IMG/VR virus record: IMGVR_UViG_3300018432_000014
Span: 1-64,000 of that record
Source: a virus
Length of the DNA: 64,000 nt
Direction: 5' to 3' (one strand)
Shown: positions 1 through 9,697 of the stretch, piece after piece
Numbering within the stretch: position 1 is the first letter of the stretch
Layout: every line of letters begins with the position of its first letter
Program-made: the position numbers and the translations under genes
The notes under the pieces: model-generated
What the model saw: the letters and a program-made list of their open reading frames with translations, nothing else
Database searches by the model: none
What the model was told of the DNA's origin: nothing

Positions 1-123
1 AGTCGATCGGAACAGAGGTGTATGGCCACGGTTGTAAACGCCCTCGTAAGGCAGTGCTGCGAGCTATTGCGGCTGCGAGGTCTCTTGTAGATTCACCCAG
101 CTGTGCGCGAAGGAAAACTCAGG

Positions 124-1380
124 ATGCCGACCACAAAGAAGCCAGAGAAGAAGCCATCACGATCACCTACGCGAGGCGCCAGCGTGCGGCCGGGCCGAGC
201 GTCTGAAGCACCTAACCTCACGCTGGTCCGAGGCAGCAAGGCCAAAGGGGCCGGCATGCTGCTCGAAGACAAGAAGACGAAAGCGAATCCAGCGGTGATG
301 CGGCGAGCGGCGAAGGTCCTCGGCATCAACACGCCGAAGGCGACTGGCGCTGCGGCCGATCAGGAACTGCTCGGCAAGCTGCGCATGGAGATCGCAAAGC
401 GCACGGCGACGCTCACGCAGGAACAGATGTTCGAGTGCGTCGAGTGCAAAGAGATCTCGACCGATGACACCGAGTTCTGCCCGTTCTGCGGCGACGAAGG
501 TGTTTCTTCTGATGAGAACATCGCAGAGGTTGTCGGCGCGGTGCCGGCGAACGCTCGCCAAGCGACGTCGATCCCGCCGCCGAAGAAGTCGTCGAAGCCC
601 GCAGCGGCGGAGGTCGAAGAAGTCGAAAAAGTCGAAGAGGTCGAGGCGGTGGTCGTGACACCGCCGACGAAGCGACGCGGCGTCGGCATCACTCGAACGC
701 CGGTGCCGGTTGTTGTCGATGTCGATGCTCGGTTGGCCGAGGTCGAGCAGGAGCTAGAGGCCGTGCTGCAGCGTCTCGACGTGCTGAAAAACAGCGCGGT
801 CGGGATGTCCTACGACGTTGGTCTCGAGCTGAAGAAGATCCGGGATCAACAGCTCTTCAAGGCGCGCGGATACACGACGTTCAAAGACTTCGCGCTCAAC
901 GAGCTGCCGATGAAGCGAGAGTCAGCGTTGCACCTCTGCTCGATCGTCGACACGTGGTCGCGCGAAGACTACCTGCAGATGGGCTACTCGAAGATCCGGC
1001 TGATCACGGCGATCACCGATCCAGTCGTGAAAGAGGAGCTGATCGCTGCAGCGAAGGGCGGCGCGACGCGCGCAGAGCTTACCGAACGAGCGATGCGCGG
1101 CAGCACCCCTCCGCCGAACAAGCCCGCGGTCGAGAAGGGCGAGAAGATCACTCTGCTCGGAAAGATCGGCGCGCGTAAGCAGGCCGTGAAGTTTCACGAT
1201 GCGTCGACCGGTGAGGTGCTCGACCATGCGGGCACGTTCAAGAACTACAAGCCCGAGATCTACGGCGAGCTAGAGATCTCCGATGGCGTCTTCGTGCGTT
1301 TCGGCTTGCGCGTCAACGGGTCGAATCAGCTCGAAGGTTTGACAGTCAAATTTGTCCGCGCAGGCGACGGCGCCGAATAA
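124..1380 (+). CDS. Hypothetical phage protein with Zn ribbon and probable DNA-binding helical domain
   Basis: ATG at 124 after a purine-rich RBS-like stretch; CVEC..CPFC Zn ribbon; LKKIRDQQLFKARGYTTFKDF segment typical of phage DNA-binding proteins. Confidence 0.6.
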   Translation: MPTTKKPEKKPSRSPTRGASVRPGRASEAPNLTLVRGSKAKGAGMLLEDKKTKANPAVMRRAAKVLGINTPKATGAAADQELLGKLRMEIAKRTATLTQEQMFECVECKEISTDDTEFCPFCGDEGVSSDENIAEVVGAVPANARQATSIPPPKKSSKPAAAEVEEVEKVEEVEAVVVTPPTKRRGVGITRTPVPVVVDVDARLAEVEQELEAVLQRLDVLKNSAVGMSYDVGLELKKIRDQQLFKARGYTTFKDFALNELPMKRESALHLCSIVDTWSREDYLQMGYSKIRLITAITDPVVKEELIAAAKGGATRAELTERAMRGSTPPPNKPAVEKGEKITLLGKIGARKQAVKFHDASTGEVLDHAGTFKNYKPEIYGELEISDGVFVRFGLRVNGSNQLEGLTVKFVRAGDGAE

Positions 1381-1387
1381 CCCGTGA

Positions 1388-4201
1388 GTGGAACTTGTAT
1401 CTGGTTGGTCTGACGATAAGTACGTCTATCTAGTTGAGCGTCTGTCTGGCGACAGCGACGTTCGGGTCCGACGAGTGCGCGCCAAGTGGTCGGCGTTCTT
1501 CGTCGGGCTCGATGACGACGATCGCCACGCTCTGCAGCGTACTCGCGAAGTCATCGGGCTCTCGGTGCGAGGCAAGCACACGCGGGTCGACTTCCGGAAC
1601 AAGTGGGACCGACTCTCGGTCTGCAACCGACTCGGATCGTTGATCGAGGGTGCGCGCGCGGCGGCGTCGGGCGATGAGTTTGCGCTCGGTGAGTCGATCC
1701 CGGATCCGCCTGCGATACTCGAGGCCGACGTCAACCCGCTTCGTCGGCTACTCAGTGATCACGGCAGCCTGAACATTTCGACGAATCCTCGGCTCGCGTG
1801 GTTCGACCTCGAGACCGACAGCCGGTGTTCCTTCGTCGAGGCAGTCGAGCACGGGCGCGCTCGCATTCTGTGCTGGTCACTCACGGTGATCCGAGACGGC
1901 GAGGCTGTGCTTGTCGCGAGCGAACTGCTCGAGGCCGATACCGACGCGGCCGAGCGCGCGTTGATAGAGCACTTTCTCGAGGCGTGCAGGCCTTACGACG
2001 TGCTCATGGCTTGGTCGGGCGACGGCTTCGATTTTCCGGTGATGGAGAAGCGTGCCGACAAGATGCGCGCGCGACCGGGCGGCAAGGTGCCGCTTTGGAA
2101 TCGGTGGTGTTGGCTCGACTGCATGGAGCTTTTCAAGAAGCTGCATGCACACGTGCACGAGTCGGGCGAGGAAAAGATGAGCTTCAAGCTCAACTCGATC
2201 GCTCAGGTGATCGTCGGCGAGGGCAAGCGAGAGTTCGAGGTGTCGCGCACTTGGGAGAGCTGGGTTGCGGGCGGTGCCGAGCGACAGCGGCTGCTCAAGT
2301 ACAACGAGGTCGATGCTCTGCTCATGCCCAAGATCGAGTTGAAAACGGGGTACGTCGCGCTGCATATCGCGGTGTGCTCGGTCACTCGATGCTTTCCAGA
2401 CAGTCGATCGTTGATGGCCTCGCAGCAAGGCGACGGCTTCTTGTTGCGGCTCGGTGAAATTCACGGGCATCGATGGCCGACGAAGCAGATGGTGTCCGAG
2501 GTTGCGCAGTATGCCGGCGCGTATGTGATGGAGCCGACTCGCACGGGGATCATCGAGAACGTGCACGTCGCAGACTTTGCCGCGCTGTACCCCTCGATCA
2601 TGCGCAGCTGGAACATTTCGCCTGAGACGACGCTCGGGCGCCTCGAGCCCGATCCTGCAGAGGGCAGCTGCACACTGCCGTACACCGACAGTCTTCGATT
2701 CTCGCTCGCGCAACGCGGGATGTTCCCGAGAGCGCTCGACGAGCTGGTTGCCAGACGTGCCGAGTATTCGCGCAAGGGCGACGAAGCCGAGCCGGGGAGC
2801 GAGGATTGGGATCACTATCGGCGACTGAGCGGCGCCTACAAGATTGTCGCGAATTCGTTCTATGGGATCATGGGCTCGCCCTATGCTCGCTTCTTCTCGG
2901 CGTCTGCAGCCGAGGCCGTAACGCAGACCGGTGCATGGCTGATCAAGCGAGTCGCGGCGGAGAGCAAAGCGGTCGGGCTCGATCCGTTCTACGGCGACAC
3001 CGATAGCGTTCTCGTGTCCGGTGAGTCGGAGCGTTTCGCGGCGGTCGTGCGTGATCTCAACGCGAAATGGAAGCCGTTGCTGACGTCGTTCGGCTGCGTT
3101 GAGTGTCACGTCAAGCTCGAGTTCGAAAAGTCGTACTCGCGATTCGTGCTCGTGAGTGCGAAGCGCTACGTCGGGCGATACGCGGTCTTCAAGGGCAAGC
3201 CGGTCGCGAACAAAATCGAGGTCAAGGGGCTCGAGTACAAGCGAGGCGACACGATGCGCATGACACGCGCGATGCAGAAGGAGCTGATCGATCTGTTGCT
3301 CGGGCCCGAGGTGCCGACGATCGATGTGATTCGCTCGTTCGTCGCGGGTTGGAAAGAGCACGTGCTCACGGGCGAGCTGTCGATCGAAGACGTCGTGCTG
3401 AGTCAGTCGGTGAAAGGGCTCACCGAATACGCGGACAAGTACACGACTCGGAAGTGTTCCGGGCCCGACAAGCGAAAGTGCGAGTACACGTTTCCGTCGA
3501 CCGATGTTGGTGCTCGCGGCGAGGATGTCTGCCCGAGATGCAAGACCGCTCGCAAGCGTCTCTCGCCTCCAGTGCACGTGCGAGTTGCGAAGATCCTAGC
3601 CGAGCGGGGCGAAGAGATCCGAGCGGGCACCCGAGTCGAGTACCTGATTGTCAGCGACGAGGGCGCCAAGCTTGAGGCGGTGCCGGCGCGTGACCCGGGC
3701 GCGCTCGACTTGATCAATCGTCAATACTACTGGACCACCCGCATCTATCCGCCGACCGCTCGCGTGCTCGAGAAGGCGTTCCCGGGCGATGTGTGGACCG
3801 AGACGTCGCACGAAAAGAAGGCGCGGCGACATCAGGAGAAGGTCGACCGCTTTCGTGGCGTGATCACGGATCTGCCGTTGTTCGCAAGCCTCGAGCCACC
3901 GGCGCAGATCGTGATCACGCTCGACGCGGATCTTGATGCGCCTGTCGACGTAGCCAAGCTCAAGAGGGTGCTCGCGACGTGTGCGGGTGATCGGTCGGTC
4001 GAGCTGCGAATGGTCGGTCGCGATGGTGTCGTCACGACTGATCTCGGGCAGTGCAACGGCGCGAAGACGACAATCGCTGCGATCGAATCACTATGCGGCG
4101 TCGGATCCGTGTCCGCAGATGCAGTTGGCAGCAATCAGTCTCGGTATGGTTCAGCGCCGACGAAAAATACAGCCGCCCGAGGTCGAAGCAGAAGCTTGTA
4201 G
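1388..4201 (+). CDS. polB: Family B DNA polymerase with 3'-5' exonuclease
   Basis: Exo motifs FDLETD, SGDGFDF, YNEVD; polymerase motifs DFAALYPSI, KIVANSFYG, YGDTDS, KRY. Confidence 0.96.
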   Translation: MELVSGWSDDKYVYLVERLSGDSDVRVRRVRAKWSAFFVGLDDDDRHALQRTREVIGLSVRGKHTRVDFRNKWDRLSVCNRLGSLIEGARAAASGDEFALGESIPDPPAILEADVNPLRRLLSDHGSLNISTNPRLAWFDLETDSRCSFVEAVEHGRARILCWSLTVIRDGEAVLVASELLEADTDAAERALIEHFLEACRPYDVLMAWSGDGFDFPVMEKRADKMRARPGGKVPLWNRWCWLDCMELFKKLHAHVHESGEEKMSFKLNSIAQVIVGEGKREFEVSRTWESWVAGGAERQRLLKYNEVDALLMPKIELKTGYVALHIAVCSVTRCFPDSRSLMASQQGDGFLLRLGEIHGHRWPTKQMVSEVAQYAGAYVMEPTRTGIIENVHVADFAALYPSIMRSWNISPETTLGRLEPDPAEGSCTLPYTDSLRFSLAQRGMFPRALDELVARRAEYSRKGDEAEPGSEDWDHYRRLSGAYKIVANSFYGIMGSPYARFFSASAAEAVTQTGAWLIKRVAAESKAVGLDPFYGDTDSVLVSGESERFAAVVRDLNAKWKPLLTSFGCVECHVKLEFEKSYSRFVLVSAKRYVGRYAVFKGKPVANKIEVKGLEYKRGDTMRMTRAMQKELIDLLLGPEVPTIDVIRSFVAGWKEHVLTGELSIEDVVLSQSVKGLTEYADKYTTRKCSGPDKRKCEYTFPSTDVGARGEDVCPRCKTARKRLSPPVHVRVAKILAERGEEIRAGTRVEYLIVSDEGAKLEAVPARDPGALDLINRQYYWTTRIYPPTARVLEKAFPGDVWTETSHEKKARRHQEKVDRFRGVITDLPLFASLEPPAQIVITLDADLDAPVDVAKLKRVLATCAGDRSVELRMVGRDGVVTTDLGQCNGAKTTIAAIESLCGVGSVSADAVGSNQSRYGSAPTKNTAARGRSRSL

Positions 4202-4946
4202 CCCCGGGGCCACATCTGATGATGATGCGAGCGAGGATCGCTTTGCCGGCGATCCAGAAGAGCCCGGGCCTGTGCCGCAGACCGAGCTGCAAGAGTCGTT
4301 TGCGCCGGTGCCTTCGAAGCCGGTGCCTCGCTCGGATGCTGCCGAGAAATACTCGGTCGCTCGGTTCCCTGCGAAGGCCGTGATCCCATCAAAGGAGCAA
4401 GCGATGCAGGCTGCCGCGAAAGGCGAGCCGCAGCAGAGCCCGATCCCGTCTGCGAAAGATCGGCATCCGATGCCTTGGGGGTTGGTGATCACCGATGTTT
4501 TCAACATCGATGTGCACAAGACTTATGCTCGGCTAGAGCAAGAGCTGTCGCTCGGTGACGGCGCGACCGAATACGGCACGGTGTTGCATGCGGTCGACGC
4601 GAGCGCGCGCAATCTTTACGAGGCCGCTCGTCTCGCTCGCAAGGCCAAGCTCGCGGACGAAGGTTTCTCGGTCGAGTTGGACAAGCGGCTCGAGGTGCTG
4701 CGTACGGCTGCGATCAATGCGCTCGAGGTCGAGAAGAGTTCCGGCGCGCGTAGCAAAGCGCCGACGATCAAAGACATCGACGATCGCATGCTCTCGAGCT
4801 GGCCAGACGAGGTGACGTCGATTCGAGCACGCAAGCTCGAGATGCATGGTGCCTTGCGCGCGATCGAGGCTCTCGAGCAAGCGTGGCGTGATCGCTGTCA
4901 GTCGCTGCGAACGATGGCTCAACAATTCAATCGAGCCGGCGCCTGA
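4146..4946 (+). CDS. Hypothetical protein, possibly UvsY-like recombination mediator
   Basis: ATG at 4146 inside ORF 3981..4946; helical C-terminal half; position between polymerase and SSB-like gene; family call is inference. Confidence 0.4.
   Translation: MVQRRRKIQPPEVEAEACSPGATSDDDASEDRFAGDPEEPGPVPQTELQESFAPVPSKPVPRSDAAEKYSVARFPAKAVIPSKEQAMQAAAKGEPQQSPIPSAKDRHPMPWGLVITDVFNIDVHKTYARLEQELSLGDGATEYGTVLHAVDASARNLYEAARLARKAKLADEGFSVELDKRLEVLRTAAINALEVEKSSGARSKAPTIKDIDDRMLSSWPDEVTSIRARKLEMHGALRAIEALEQAWRDRCQSLRTMAQQFNRAGA
4197..4214. repeat. Dispersed palindrome copy (TGTAGCCCCGGGGCCACA)
   Basis: Overlaps the polB stop codon. Confidence 0.8.
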
Positions 4947-4964
4947 GCCGGGAAAGGTTTCGAC

Positions 4965-6554
4965 ATGGCTGGCGGATTAGGTATTGCGGGTTTCTTGAAG
5001 CATAGCGACAGCGTCTCGAGCGGCGGTGGTAAGTGGCTCCGCACGTGGAAAAAGAAGGGCGTCGGCGAGGTCGTTGTTTGGCTGCATACGCGCGCGACGA
5101 TCGTGCCGTGCCTGAGTCACAGCTTCATGAACGAGGACACTTTCGAAGACAAGGACACCGGGCGACCGGTGCCGGTGTTGCGCTATCCGCGATTCGTCTC
5201 GCCGGATGCCGAGGTCGTGCACAAGAATCAGTATTTTCGAAACGACGATGGCACGCTGCAGGTCCCGCCCGATCTCGATCCGTTTCTGCTTCTTCGCGAG
5301 TGGCTTCGCTTCGCGGATCATCTCGCTCTCGATCAACCCATCTTCAAGTGGGAGAACCCAAAAGAGCGCGACACGATTCGGTGGTATCGCGGCGAGTTGA
5401 GCGGGCTCGAGAAGCGCGGCAAGAAGAACTTCGGGCACTCGCTCGATACGAAGTTCGAGTATCTCTATGTCGTCGTCGACAACGAGGATGTAGATACAGG
5501 GCCGGTGCTTGCGCGCGAGGGCAAGCTACTCAGTCAGAAGATCGTCGAGGTCATCAAGCAACAGCAAAAGATGCTTGGCGAGGCGGGCGGCGATCCGGCA
5601 CAGCATCCGTACGCGTTCGAGTGGCGTGCCGAGGATGCCTCAAGCCCGATGAATGCATACAAGGCATTCAAGCGAGAGGATGCCGAGTTGACCGATGAGA
5701 TCTGGGAAAAGATCTCGTCAGACGAGTTTCCGGATCCTGAGCCACACGGATCGGTCGCGGACGGCGACATGGAAAAGATCCGGCAGGCGTTCGAAGCGGC
5801 GGCGCAGATCGATCTGCCGCTCGACGAGATCTTCTCGGACGACCCTGCAACGCGTCGGGCTCTGTCGCGACCGGGCGGCTCTGCCAAACGAGAGCCGGCG
5901 CGGCCGTCGCGCGCGGCACAATCCCGCGGTCCGGTGAATCCACCCGCGCCGACGACGCGAGCGACCGCGCCAGCGGCTACCAGCGGCTCTAAGCCGGTTG
6001 CAGCGACCGGGGCGGCTAGGCAACCCGCGCCGGCTGCATCGCCAGTCGCAGGAGGCCCGCAGCAACGTCGTCGCAAGGTCGGGGTGCCGGAGCCCGAGCC
6101 TGAGCCCGAACCGGAGCCAGAGGTCGAGGGCGAGATGATCGGCTGCGACGATTGCGGGATCGCGATGCTCGCGACCGATACCAAGTGCCCGAATCCTGAA
6201 TGCGGGGCCGAGTACGAACCGATCATCGATCCCGCGCCGGTAACGAAGCCTGCAGCTGTTACCAAGCCGAAGCCTGCAGGGGTACCGAAGCCCGCAACGG
6301 CGCCGAAGCCAACGGCGTCGAGAGGTGGGCTACCTTCAACGGCTGCAGCCGAGCCGGCCGAACAAGCGCCGAATTGTTGGTCGTGTGGAACAGCACTCGG
6401 CGGCGCTGAGATGTGCCCGAGCTGCGGCATCGATCAGGGCGACGAAATTCCGTTCATTCATAACGAGCTTGTGAGCGGTTGGGATTCGGGCGTTGGAATC
6501 GGCGGGATCGGTGAGCGATGGAATCGCAAGCGCACGGCTCGTCGGATCATCTGA
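4965..6554 (+). CDS. Putative single-stranded DNA-binding protein with Pro/Ala linker and two Zn ribbons
   Basis: Replication operon context; SSB-type acidic GDEIPF motif near the C-terminus; CxxC pairs. Confidence 0.5.
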   Translation: MAGGLGIAGFLKHSDSVSSGGGKWLRTWKKKGVGEVVVWLHTRATIVPCLSHSFMNEDTFEDKDTGRPVPVLRYPRFVSPDAEVVHKNQYFRNDDGTLQVPPDLDPFLLLREWLRFADHLALDQPIFKWENPKERDTIRWYRGELSGLEKRGKKNFGHSLDTKFEYLYVVVDNEDVDTGPVLAREGKLLSQKIVEVIKQQQKMLGEAGGDPAQHPYAFEWRAEDASSPMNAYKAFKREDAELTDEIWEKISSDEFPDPEPHGSVADGDMEKIRQAFEAAAQIDLPLDEIFSDDPATRRALSRPGGSAKREPARPSRAAQSRGPVNPPAPTTRATAPAATSGSKPVAATGAARQPAPAASPVAGGPQQRRRKVGVPEPEPEPEPEPEVEGEMIGCDDCGIAMLATDTKCPNPECGAEYEPIIDPAPVTKPAAVTKPKPAGVPKPATAPKPTASRGGLPSTAAAEPAEQAPNCWSCGTALGGAEMCPSCGIDQGDEIPFIHNELVSGWDSGVGIGGIGERWNRKRTARRII

Positions 6555-6970
6555 AGGCGTGCTTCGTCTGCAGCAGGTCGTTGCCGCTAGATGAGTTCTA
6601 CAAGCACCCGAGGATGTCAGATGGCCGTCTCGGGAAATGCAAAGCGTGCACCAAGCAGCATGTGCGGGAAAACTATCGCCAGCGACGCGAGCAGTACAGA
6701 GAGTATGAACGCGTTCGATTTCAAGAGCCGGAGCGCAGAGCCTATGTCTACCGAGCAGCGGCCAAACATCGAACAAACAACCCGATCAAAGCTCGGGCGA
6801 GAACAGCTGTCGCTAGAGCAATACGGAGCGGTCGTTTGGTTCGCATGCCCTGCGAGGTCTGCGGAATGAAAGCCGAGGCTCATCATGGTGACTACACCAA
6901 GCCGCTCGAGGTTCAGTGGCTCTGCAAGGAGCACCATTGGGCGCATCACAACGAAAGAGCGAACGGTTGA
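6518..6970 (+). CDS. HNH-like / Zn-finger phage endonuclease
   Basis: CFVC..EFYK..CKAC followed by CEVCG..AHHGDY.KPLEVQWLCKEHH. Confidence 0.7.
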   Translation: MESQAHGSSDHLKACFVCSRSLPLDEFYKHPRMSDGRLGKCKACTKQHVRENYRQRREQYREYERVRFQEPERRAYVYRAAAKHRTNNPIKARARTAVARAIRSGRLVRMPCEVCGMKAEAHHGDYTKPLEVQWLCKEHHWAHHNERANG

Positions 6971-7230
6971 TGTCGGACCTCATCAATCATCCGGCGCACT
7001 ACGTGTTCAGTGCGATCGAGCCGATCGACGCGATCGAGGCGTGGCAGCTCGGCTTCTGCCTCGGCAACGCGGTCAAGTACATCGCTCGGGCCGCGCACAA
7101 GGGGCGACTGCTCGAGGATCTCAACAAAGCGAGATGGTACCTCGAGCGAGAAATCGCTCGGTTGGAAGCGAAAGAGTTGAAGGCCCATGAAGCAACGGCG
7201 CAAGAAGTCTGCGGCAGTCGATCCGATTGA
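6970..7230 (+). CDS. DUF3310 family protein (T7 gp1.7-like nucleotide kinase family)
   Basis: INHPAHY..IEPID..FCLGNAVKYIARA.HKG..EDLNKARWYL. Confidence 0.85.
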   Translation: MSDLINHPAHYVFSAIEPIDAIEAWQLGFCLGNAVKYIARAAHKGRLLEDLNKARWYLEREIARLEAKELKAHEATAQEVCGSRSD

Positions 7231-8323
7231 AGCCGATTCGGTTGCGGCTCCACGCCGAACGCCGATCCCGTTGCCGAAGGGTTGGAAGCGGGCCGAGGAT
7301 GCGCTCGATCGCGTCGAGTCAGTCTCGACGATCTTCCCTGACTTCAATCGAGCGACTCGCTGCGGCGGGTTGCCGATCAACCGCATGCACGTGATCCACG
7401 GCGAGACACACGGCGGCAAAAGTCTCTTCGTGCTTGGGTTGATCAAAAGCTTTCTCGACGGCGGACATGTGGCTGCGTACGTCGATGCCGAACACTCGAC
7501 ACCTCACGAGTTTGCCGAAGAGCTGATCGGCGACTTGTCGAAGTGCGAGGGCTTTTTCGGAAGTCGACCGGATACCTACGAAGACACGATCGACGCGGTC
7601 AACGAGTTCCTAAGCATGATGGTCACGCTACGTAAGACGCATCCGGAAAAGAAGGCGATCGTCGTGATCGACTCCATCAATAAGCTCACGCCAGCACGCG
7701 AGCTAAAGAACGTACTGAAGAGCGGCGGCGAAGAAGTCAGCAAGGGCCACGCGGGCCGGTATCGAGCGGCCGTCAATCAAGCGTGGCTCAACCATCTCTC
7801 GCCGCGACTCAAGCCCGCGGGTTGCGCGATGGTGTTCATTGCGCAGGAGCGTGTTGGTGCTGACGACGCACCATGGCAGCCCGACGGCGGCGTGCAGATC
7901 AAGGGCGGGCAGGCGTTGAGCTTCGATGCGTCTCTCTTGATCCGTGTGTCCAAGTCGATGCCGATGCGAGACACGACGAGCGTGACGAAGGAAGCGCCGA
8001 AGGGCGAGATCGTTGGCTGGGCTCACCGAGTGCGGATCTACAAGTCGAAGGTGGCGCACATGGACGGCGCTCAGTCGGATTGCGCGTTTCACTTCTCGAA
8101 CGGCAAGCAAACACCGGCCGGCTTCGACACGTCGCGCGACGCACTGCATCTCGCGAAGAAGCTCGGTCTCTTGCAGGTCAACGGATCGTGGCTTTCGTGG
8201 CGCAAGCGTCGTTGGCAAGGCGAGATGCGCGCGGCTCAGTGGCTCTCCGAGAAGCCAGAGGTTCTCGCCGAGTTGATGCAAGAGATCGAGTCACGTCTCG
8301 CGACGAATCGTGGCGCGGCCTGA
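7187..8323 (+). CDS. recA: RecA/UvsX-like recombinase
   Basis: GGLP.NR, Walker A GETHGGKS, YVDAEH, VVIDS, GGQAL.FDAS, GSW motifs. Confidence 0.92.
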   Translation: MKQRRKKSAAVDPIEADSVAAPRRTPIPLPKGWKRAEDALDRVESVSTIFPDFNRATRCGGLPINRMHVIHGETHGGKSLFVLGLIKSFLDGGHVAAYVDAEHSTPHEFAEELIGDLSKCEGFFGSRPDTYEDTIDAVNEFLSMMVTLRKTHPEKKAIVVIDSINKLTPARELKNVLKSGGEEVSKGHAGRYRAAVNQAWLNHLSPRLKPAGCAMVFIAQERVGADDAPWQPDGGVQIKGGQALSFDASLLIRVSKSMPMRDTTSVTKEAPKGEIVGWAHRVRIYKSKVAHMDGAQSDCAFHFSNGKQTPAGFDTSRDALHLAKKLGLLQVNGSWLSWRKRRWQGEMRAAQWLSEKPEVLAELMQEIESRLATNRGAA

Positions 8324-8324
8324 A

Positions 8325-8486
8325 CTACAGGCGGCCGAGTACAACGAGCACGAGCACGATCACAAAGACAATGCCGAGGGCACTGCTCGGGCCGTATCCC
8401 CAACTGCGCGAGTGATTCCATCGCGGCGCGGAGCCGAACACGAGAAATAGGATGACGATGAGCAGGACCCAACCGAGCGTCGACAT
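8325..8486 (-). CDS. DUF3309-like small membrane protein (53 aa)
   Basis: MSTLGWVLLIVILFLVFGSAPRWNHSRSWGYGPSSALGIVFVIVLVLVVLGRL: two TM helices with HSRSWGYGPS signature; fills the recA-sbcD gap exactly. Confidence 0.8.
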   Translation of the reverse strand: MSTLGWVLLIVILFLVFGSAPRWNHSRSWGYGPSSALGIVFVIVLVLVVLGRL

Positions 8487-8516
8487 GCGGAAGACTCTAC
8501 AAGGAAACGGGGCCCG

Positions 8517-9284
8517 ATGAAGTTTCTGGCGATCAGTGACTTGCATCTCGACGCGGTAACGGCCGGCCGACCTCGCAGAGCCGAGGTGGTCGAGTACCTG
8601 CGAGATGCGCATGCTGCGGCGGTTCGAGAGGACGTCGACGCGGTCATCTTCTCGGGCGATGCGTTCGACCCGGGCGGGCCGCTCGAGGCGTACAACAGCG
8701 CATTGCTGATCTCGGCGTTGATGGCATTCACAGCGCAGCGGCGGCTGATCGCGATTGCTGGCAATCACGACGTGCTCGACACGTCGGAGCTTTTCGAGGG
8801 TTCGCCGATCACGACGCTCACCCCGCTGCGCGTGGCGGCTCACTATTCAGAAGACGTCGGGTTAGTGAACGTCTTCGAGTATCCATGCTTCGAAGAGATC
8901 GACGATTACGGCGTGCTCGCGTTGCCGTATGTGTCGCGAGCGCATTCCGCTCGGATGCCGAATTGGGTCGAAGAAGCGTTCGGCGCAGCGGCTCGGTTTG
9001 CAGCACTCGGCGGGCGGATCATCGTGGTCGCTCATCTCGTGATCCCGGGCGCGACGCTCGGCAGTGAGTCGATCGAGATGGCTCGCGGGCAAGATCAGGT
9101 TTTCCCGTTCGAAGCGGTCGCTGTGCTCAAGCCGGCGCTCGTGATCAATGGCCACTACCACGCTCGGCAAGAAGTGCTCGGACCGAGCGACGTGCTGATC
9201 CAGATTCCGGGCTCGCCACTGAGATTCACGTTTGGCGAGGTCGAAGACGAGCGTAAGGGAATCCTAATCGCAGAGGTCACATGA
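8517..9284 (+). CDS. sbcD: Mre11/SbcD-like metallophosphoesterase nuclease
   Basis: SDLH, GDAFD, GNHD, AH, GHYH, PGSP motifs; upstream of SbcC. Confidence 0.9.
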   Translation: MKFLAISDLHLDAVTAGRPRRAEVVEYLRDAHAAAVREDVDAVIFSGDAFDPGGPLEAYNSALLISALMAFTAQRRLIAIAGNHDVLDTSELFEGSPITTLTPLRVAAHYSEDVGLVNVFEYPCFEEIDDYGVLALPYVSRAHSARMPNWVEEAFGAAARFAALGGRIIVVAHLVIPGATLGSESIEMARGQDQVFPFEAVAVLKPALVINGHYHARQEVLGPSDVLIQIPGSPLRFTFGEVEDERKGILIAEVT

Positions 9285-9697
9285 AAGCTCGCACTCGAGT
9301 GAAGAAGCCGATTCCGATGCTGATTGGCGCGACGGTTCGGTTTGTGGGTCGACCCGATGCAGGCATGCTAGTCATTCGCGAGCCCGCCGAAGTCGACACG
9401 GCCGATGTCTGCGGCGCTTACGTAAAATTCATGCCGACGATTCGCGTGTCCGAGAGAGCCTCTCTCGACTCGACTGGCATTGCGGCTCGTCTACGAGAGC
9501 GAGGCGCGATCGCGGTGGTCGTTGTGCCGGTCGTGATCGCGGATCGCGGGCCGAGCAAGGCAGACGAGAAGCGAGTGCATAAGAGTGCCGAGCAGTGGAT
9601 CAGTGCGTGGCTCGATGCCGTGCGCGGTGTCGAGCGTGAGGTTGCGCTGAGAGCGCTTGCCGAAGCCATGGCGAGCGCAGATGAGGCTGGCTTGTGA
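9281..9697 (+). CDS. Hypothetical protein between sbcD and sbcC
   Basis: ATGA/GTGA overlaps with both neighbours. Confidence 0.55.
   Translation: MKARTRVKKPIPMLIGATVRFVGRPDAGMLVIREPAEVDTADVCGAYVKFMPTIRVSERASLDSTGIAARLRERGAIAVVVVPVVIADRGPSKADEKRVHKSAEQWISAWLDAVRGVEREVALRALAEAMASADEAGL

Noticed and set aside
1877-3577. Long antisense ORFs (also 59551-60843, 57916-59010, 35870-36736 and others)
   Set aside because: Shadow frames of well-supported genes in high-GC DNA, with no motifs of their own.
6464-6481. ELVSGW peptide identical to the start of PolB
   Set aside because: Only six residues with different codons; cannot be distinguished from chance.
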